DNA of 60,607 nucleotides, the filler included. It is 6 parts of 6 records of this genome, joined end to end, with 100 filler letters (N's around TTAATTAATTAA, not from the genome) between each part and the next. Parts side by side here need not be neighbours in the genome. Positions count along the whole stretch, not along the records: positions 48,263 to 60,607 come from DRR723986_674; 5 more parts are not named here. The stretch is one strand, 5' to 3'. This document shows, piece by piece, positions 59,338 through 60,607 of this stretch. The first letter of the stretch is position 1. Each line of letters starts with the position of its first letter. Under the pieces are notes generated by a model. That model worked only from the letters and a program-made list of their open reading frames with translations, had not been told where the DNA came from and did no database searches. A program made the translations under genes and the position numbers.

Positions 59338-60213
59338 ATGACCGACGAACGCACAACATCGCCCATTTCGCACAAACTCCTCCTGATTGTAGGTGGCCTT
59401 TTTGTGGTGGACAGCCTTACGGCCGGCCAGATGCGCATGCTCCTCGGTCACGATCCCACTGCCGTACTCAGCGGCGAAGTCTGGCGCCTGCTAACCTTCC
59501 CGCTCATAAGCAACAATCTGCATCATCTGATTCTGACAGCATTTACGCTCTACGCCGTATTCCCGCAACTGGAGAGTATGTTTGGCGTCAGGCGTTTCTA
59601 CGCCTACGGTGCTGTCTTGCTTTTGGGGGCCGGATTCCTGTTTACAGCGATGGGGCAATATGCCGGGCCGGCGATTCAACCTGGGATATTCCCCTTTGTG
59701 CTGGCCTCACTGGTCATATACGTCTACTTGTACCCGAGTTCGGAGATGTCCTTCTTTGGCATTGTCAGCCTCCCCAGTTGGCTTGCAATCACGCTCCTGG
59801 GTGGAACGGCAGTTCTGGTAGACCTGGTAGAAATGGTTGTTGACCCCGGCTTGTTCGGCGCATTCCTGGCAATTGATCTGTTTGGTGTGGGCACTGGTGT
59901 AGCTTTTGCTGTCACAGCTTTTGATAATAGTGCACCCATGCAGAAAAAGCGTAAAGACCTCGATGGTGGCGGCCGTAATACCGATCCCGACTACGCCCAA
60001 GTAGAAGAGGACGACGAAGATTTTTCATTCGCAGTACGTCCTGTACGCCGTCAGGAACGACGCGCCGATGACGCGCATTCCGATCAAAACGACCAGGATA
60101 CTTTTAGCGAGGAGCGCCTCAACGAGATTCTCGACAAGATCAGTTCACGCGGCGAAGCCGCACTTAGCCCTGCCGAGCGCCGTTTCTTACGCGATTACGC
60201 CGAGCGTCTTTAA
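59338..60213 (+). CDS. Rhomboid-family membrane protein (probably catalytically inactive) with DUF6576-like tail
   Basis: GEVWRLLTF, HHL, LE..FG.RRF and six TM segments. C-terminal RLNEILDKISSRGEAALSPAERRFL. Confidence 0.8.
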   Translation: MTDERTTSPISHKLLLIVGGLFVVDSLTAGQMRMLLGHDPTAVLSGEVWRLLTFPLISNNLHHLILTAFTLYAVFPQLESMFGVRRFYAYGAVLLLGAGFLFTAMGQYAGPAIQPGIFPFVLASLVIYVYLYPSSEMSFFGIVSLPSWLAITLLGGTAVLVDLVEMVVDPGLFGAFLAIDLFGVGTGVAFAVTAFDNSAPMQKKRKDLDGGGRNTDPDYAQVEEDDEDFSFAVRPVRRQERRADDAHSDQNDQDTFSEERLNEILDKISSRGEAALSPAERRFLRDYAERL

Positions 60214-60607
60214 GCACTGTTTTTCGTTGCCAGTATTATTCGATATTTCACTCCTCCCACTTCTATTTTCTACACGCCCGACTTCCAGCACATCGACATT
60301 AAGGTCTACAGAATCTCCCTCTGACTTTTCCAAGAGCGCTTCGCCCCCTCATTTCTTCGGTGGCTTACTTCTTTTTCTTTTGTTAGTTGGCGGGTCGCCA
60401 GTCAGGTGCAATTCAGTCTGTTTTGATCTCACAGCCTTCATCCTGAAATCTCAATGCAGGATTACTAGTTTCGACACCTGGTGGGTAACGCGGTTAATTT
60501 AGTAATTGATAGTTAGTCGGAATTCTGTCGCTACGGGATGCGACGCACTGTTCCGTAGGCAAAGATTGCACCTTGTATAGTCGGCGAGAAGCTCCACTGA
60601 TTTGTTA

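Noticed and set aside
60214-60607. ORF 60068..60502 or a structured RNA (tmRNA/RNase P) at the window end
   Set aside because: No recognisable protein motif or RNA consensus. The opposite frame is interrupted by a stop.

Overview
This is not one locus. It is six contig fragments joined by 100-nt artificial spacers (N44-TTAATTAATTAA-N44) at 6112-6211, 13043-13142, 23619-23718, 38818-38917 and 48163-48262. Fragments 1-5 are Rhodobacteraceae/Roseobacter-like. (1) ctaB, coxB, tldD, two GNATs, dprA, topA. (2) glmS, glmU, gph, an aminotransferase, a stress protein, ivd, a flavodoxin, an acyl-CoA ligase. (3) fdsA(3')-fdhD-fdsD, nadABC, a formylglycine-generating enzyme and a MarR-linked gentisate pathway. 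(4) A CMD gene, panE-like, thioesterase, iorBA, LysR, a hydratase, dusA, TauE and a liv ABC operon. (5) acs, a Hint-domain protein, DUF3095 and an HpsN/HpsR-like cluster. Fragment 6 comes from a different, lower-GC organism with FCB-group (Bacteroidota/Ignavibacteria/Kapabacteria-like) signatures: trxB, queG, Rieske, MBL, ppiD, hpnCD, a lone nuoE, a heme-domain lipoprotein and a rhomboid. The most intriguing signal is a translationally coupled array of four highly diverged, secreted four-cysteine paralogs inside the liv operon. Next are a nadA leader with mutually exclusive RNA pairings next to the RBS, and a 34-bp-periodic triple palindrome array after nadC. All product calls come from motif recognition; no database searches were run.
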